A stretch of 63,834 bases of DNA, counting the filler, from Dicyema japonicum (lineage: Eukaryota; Animalia; Dicyemida), in NCBI GenBank assembly GCA_011109175.1. It is 6 parts of 6 records of this genome, joined end to end, with 100 filler letters (N's around TTAATTAATTAA, not from the genome) between each part and the next. Parts side by side here need not be neighbours in the genome. Positions count along the whole stretch, not along the records: positions 54,299 to 62,692 come from RDEW01000076.1; positions 62,793 to 63,834 come from RDEW01000285.1; 4 more parts are not named here. One strand, 5' to 3'. Each line of letters begins with the position of its first letter. Position 1 is the stretch's first letter. Shown piece by piece: positions 60,351-63,834 of this stretch. The notes below the pieces were generated by a model, which worked only from the letters and a program-made list of their open reading frames with translations, was not told where the DNA came from and ran no database searches. The position numbers and the translations under genes were made by a program.

Positions 60351-61899
60351 TTAACCACTTTAAAATTTTTTGTGTTAACTTGAAAACAAACTTAATAAAT
60401 TATTTGATCGATTAAAATTACTTGAGGTGTAAAGATTAGGAAAAATCGGAAATGAATCAAGCGACCCATGCGTAGTTGGTTAAAAATATAGTTTGGTAAC
60501 AATTTAAAAATTATAGTTTATTAATTGAAAAATGTTATATTCGAAAATGTTCACAAATTAATTACGTGAAAATAAATTATTTTATTTAATAATAAATATT
60601 TTTATGGCCAACCTTATTATAATCATAACGCCTTTTATCGGCGTTTTGGCCCATATTTTGTGGTCTAGTTTTATTATTTTGTTGACATTTTCTTTATTTA
60701 TACTATCCATCAATTTTTCACTGTGATCGTTAAAGTATCAACTCTTAAAACGCAATTTAATTCACCACTACTATTTGAACTAATTGTTGTATTACATCAC
60801 TGTTATGGTAAGCTCAGGATCAATTTTCACTTTAAGTCATAACCTCACTTATAGCCTAATCATTAATAACACATTTTAACTAATTTAAGCAGTCTTATCT
60901 CGTAAGCCAATAGTTAATAAAGTAAATTACATTGATACAAATATATTGTACATAAAAATCGTATGAAGTGTACCCATTTTCTTGTAACGCTATTAAGTTA
61001 TAAAATGTAAAATAAATCTCTATTCCTGACAAAATCACTAACAACCAGAACATTTGAGTTTTACCTAAATTGAATATTTATATGATTTATTACTTTCTTG
61101 GAATTTCACTGCTAACCTACTTAATAAATTCACATTAATGTAGAATCTGAACAAATAACTTGTCTTTGCAATCCCGATGGTGGATTTGTTTTTGAAAACA
61201 CTTTTAGAACACACGTAGAATTTGAAACAATCGTGTTTTTAAAGAGTATTTCCGATCTATTATGAATGCTTGCTACTAGTATAAACTTAACTTCAAATGC
61301 TGTCCTAATACATATTTTCTAAATTTATCAAATTTATATTGACTATTCACTAACTCTTCTTGAATCCATAATTTGCAAGTACTGAGGAGTTTACCCTTTA
61401 ACTATGATCATTCGTTTCTACACTTATTGTGTGGGCTCAAGGAGGACAAATGATTAGTAAGTTTAATTAACTATGTTCTTTTGAGTTATTATTTAACAAG
61501 GAACTTATCAATTCTAATAATTAATTGACATATATTAATGAATTTGATTTATTTTAAAAACCAAAGTTAAAAGGTAACAATTAGTGTGTCTCACGATCCA
61601 CACGAGTCATAAAACTTCTATCACATTCATCCAATATTCCTTTCTTTAGTCTGCAGAACTCGTAAGGGCTAAGAACTGCACATCATTATTTAACTGGCAC
61701 AACACTTTATTAAACGTATTAAGGTTTCAAAGTGAGTGAGAATCATGTCTTTCAAGTAATTTGAAGTCCTTCCACATTGTATGCACTTTTCTGAAAAAAC
61801 GTGCTGCTGTATAGTTTGTGGTGCATAAAAGTGTATTGCTAACTGTCTGCTACAATTGCCTATAGAGTCTAGACATTCTATTTCACTCGACACACAATT

Positions 61900-62345
61900 T
61901 TTAACCGCATTCTTCGGGCTGTTATCTCTGACTATGCCAGATTACACCTTTTTGCATCCTAACTTATCGCCTTCAGAAAGCCTTATGGTGAGTTCACACC
62001 CATCGCTATAGGCATCATATTCAGTCGCCTGACGGCAAGGATTGCTGCCAGAACAGCGATCCATACTCTAAGCCCCCAACTGACCCCTACTCAACTTGTG
62101 GTTGGAATTCCTCATGGATGCGAATTAGTAATCCACTCAATCCGGAACTTCACTGCCAGTTAGCCATAGACCAGAGCAGCGATCAAACTCTAAGCCCCCA
62201 ACTGACCTCTACTCAACTTGGGGTTAGAATTCCTCATGGACGCGAAATAGTAATCCACTCAATCCGGAACTTCGCTGCCAGTTAGCTAGAGACCACGAAT
62301 GCTATAATATTCAAATTGGAAATCCGCAATGCTTTCAATAGCATT
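61900..62345 (+). mobile_element. CRE-type RT N-terminal fragment with ~119-bp internal tandem duplication
   Basis: PIAIGIIFSRLTARIAAR..PTQL.VGIPHGCE.VIHSIR; LEIRNAFNSI. Confidence 0.75.
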
Positions 62346-62792
62346 CGAAAAAAAATATTTCAAATATTCTCATCCAATTTAGAAATTCTGAACTCCCACA
62401 CGTCTTTATACTTCGTCAAGAATTTACGCAACGACTCCTTTTGACAATCTGCAAAAAAATGCGCTCAATGACTCAACTCCTTTCTCTCTTTTCCTAATTG
62501 CAACAAGCGATGCAATATGCTTTAGCAGAATCAGTGATCTGCTTCTTTGAGTCTTGTAATTTCCACGTCGACATTCAAAAATTTACTTTCCATTAAGACA
62601 TTCGTATTTCTTCTCCTTTAGCTTCTCAGTCTTTTCAGAGCCTGGTTAGTTGCATTAATAGCAAGGTTGGAGGAAGAAATTATATCCAGACTNNNNNNNN
62701 NNNNNNNNNNNNNNNNNNNNNNNNNNNNNNNNNNNNTTAATTAATTAANNNNNNNNNNNNNNNNNNNNNNNNNNNNNNNNNNNNNNNNNNNN

Positions 62793-63450
62793 TGCACACA
62801 CGTGAGAATCTCCTGGATTTTGGGGGAAACTAAAGACGCATTTTGAGCCTGAAATATGTACACTTTCAGCTAGCTAACGTATTAAAGGTTGTTGATTCAT
62901 TGAAAAATATTAATTTAGTACCATGTGTAGAGAATTTGTTAATGTATTCTAGAGATTCTATCGATAAAGTAGGTAATTCAAGGTCTCTTGTAGAGGGACA
63001 CTTATAGATAGGCCACTAGTTGCCTTAGCTTTTATTGTAGTAGCCACTAATACACTAAGATCTAGGACCGTCTGACTCCGTCTGATCCGACCTAGATCCT
63101 CATGGCCTTAGCACACGCTGCCACCAGAAACACTTAAAGTGAATTATAGGTTTCTCGATCTATTTCGGATTTGTTGCAACCAAAATCAGAATTGTTGCAA
63201 TCATTAAATTTAATAATTAATTGATTTTCACGTCAATTGATTATTTGATGTCACGTCAAAGAAGGATGTCTTTTGAGTCTTAGTTTGACATGGACGAAGG
63301 GTGTGAAGGACGTTAAACAAGTTATATAGTCGACCATCATGGGGGCAGCTTGTCCTGAAAAAAATTAGGTCGATTGCTTGCACACACGTGGAGATCTCGC
63401 GTTTTTTTTGGTGAAAATAAAGACGCATTTTTAGACCTGAATAGAACATT
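62793..63450. repeat. Two diverged copies of a ~65-bp motif (62793 and ~63379)
   Basis: GCACACACGTG..AAAGACGCATTTT..CCTGAA. Confidence 0.5.
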
Positions 63451-63834
63451 TTTTTTATTTCAGAATTGCATTAGCATGTGACTCGCATTTCGGTTAGTTT
63501 TTTTTGATGTATTTAATCAAATTTAGTATTATTCTTGCGGTTTGATATATTACAGTAGGGGACTCAAGTGCTGTATCCGAACTGGATTCTCACGGCCATG
63601 GCATATCAAATTTAATCGATTTAAAACATAATTTATAACTAATTAACTAAAATTAGCTCTTTAGTTCGAAAATCATGTTGGTTTTCTCCTCAGATCCTCC
63701 TCAAGTAGTCGAGGACCGATCTCAGAACTCGATCTAGGAGGGTTTGATGAGATTTCTGAATACAGAAATGAATTTAGAATGTCAAGATTAACATTTATAT
63801 AATTATATTTTTATGATTTGTTTTGAAATTAATT

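Noticed and set aside
62626-62643. Histone-type stem-loop TCTTTTCAGAGCC
   Set aside because: Only 3 of 6 stem pairs form and there is no upstream histone ORF.
29283-62792. Recurrent palindromic TTAATTAATTAA between N-runs
   Set aside because: Identical artificial scaffold linker that places stops in six frames; not biological.

Overview
AT-rich eukaryotic genomic scaffold with five artificial gaps (N-run + TTAATTAATTAA + N-run). It contains compact host genes with ultrashort 25-33 nt GT-AG introns: CFAP61, OGDH, GADD45GIP1/CRIF1, MPST/TST, NAA35, an ADAMTS-like gene, the MOCS3 C-terminus, an SLC16-like transporter and a duplicated orphan gene. A metazoan-type gene set plus tiny introns suggests a dicyemid-like reduced animal genome (inference). 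There is a divergent U1 snRNA gene. Roughly half the window is decayed mobile DNA: RTE, I/Jockey-type, R4/Dong-type and CRE-type LINEs, a tRNA-headed SINE family, several hAT elements, a Tc1 and a Helitron end. Conserved genes carry many 1-bp indels, probably consensus errors. The most interesting items are: (i) a ~275-nt hairpin-rich candidate ncRNA beside U1; (ii) an intronless orphan or possibly viral ORF split in frame by a 3.7-kb composite hAT; (iii) a ~92-bp tandem array with an SL-RNA-like order of motifs just upstream of a CRE element; (iv) a covarying 3' stem shared by seven LINE ends; (v) a twin-primed inverted SINE; (vi) PHD-finger-bearing CRE elements. All protein identifications are by manual motif recognition, without database searches, and coordinates of degenerate elements are approximate.
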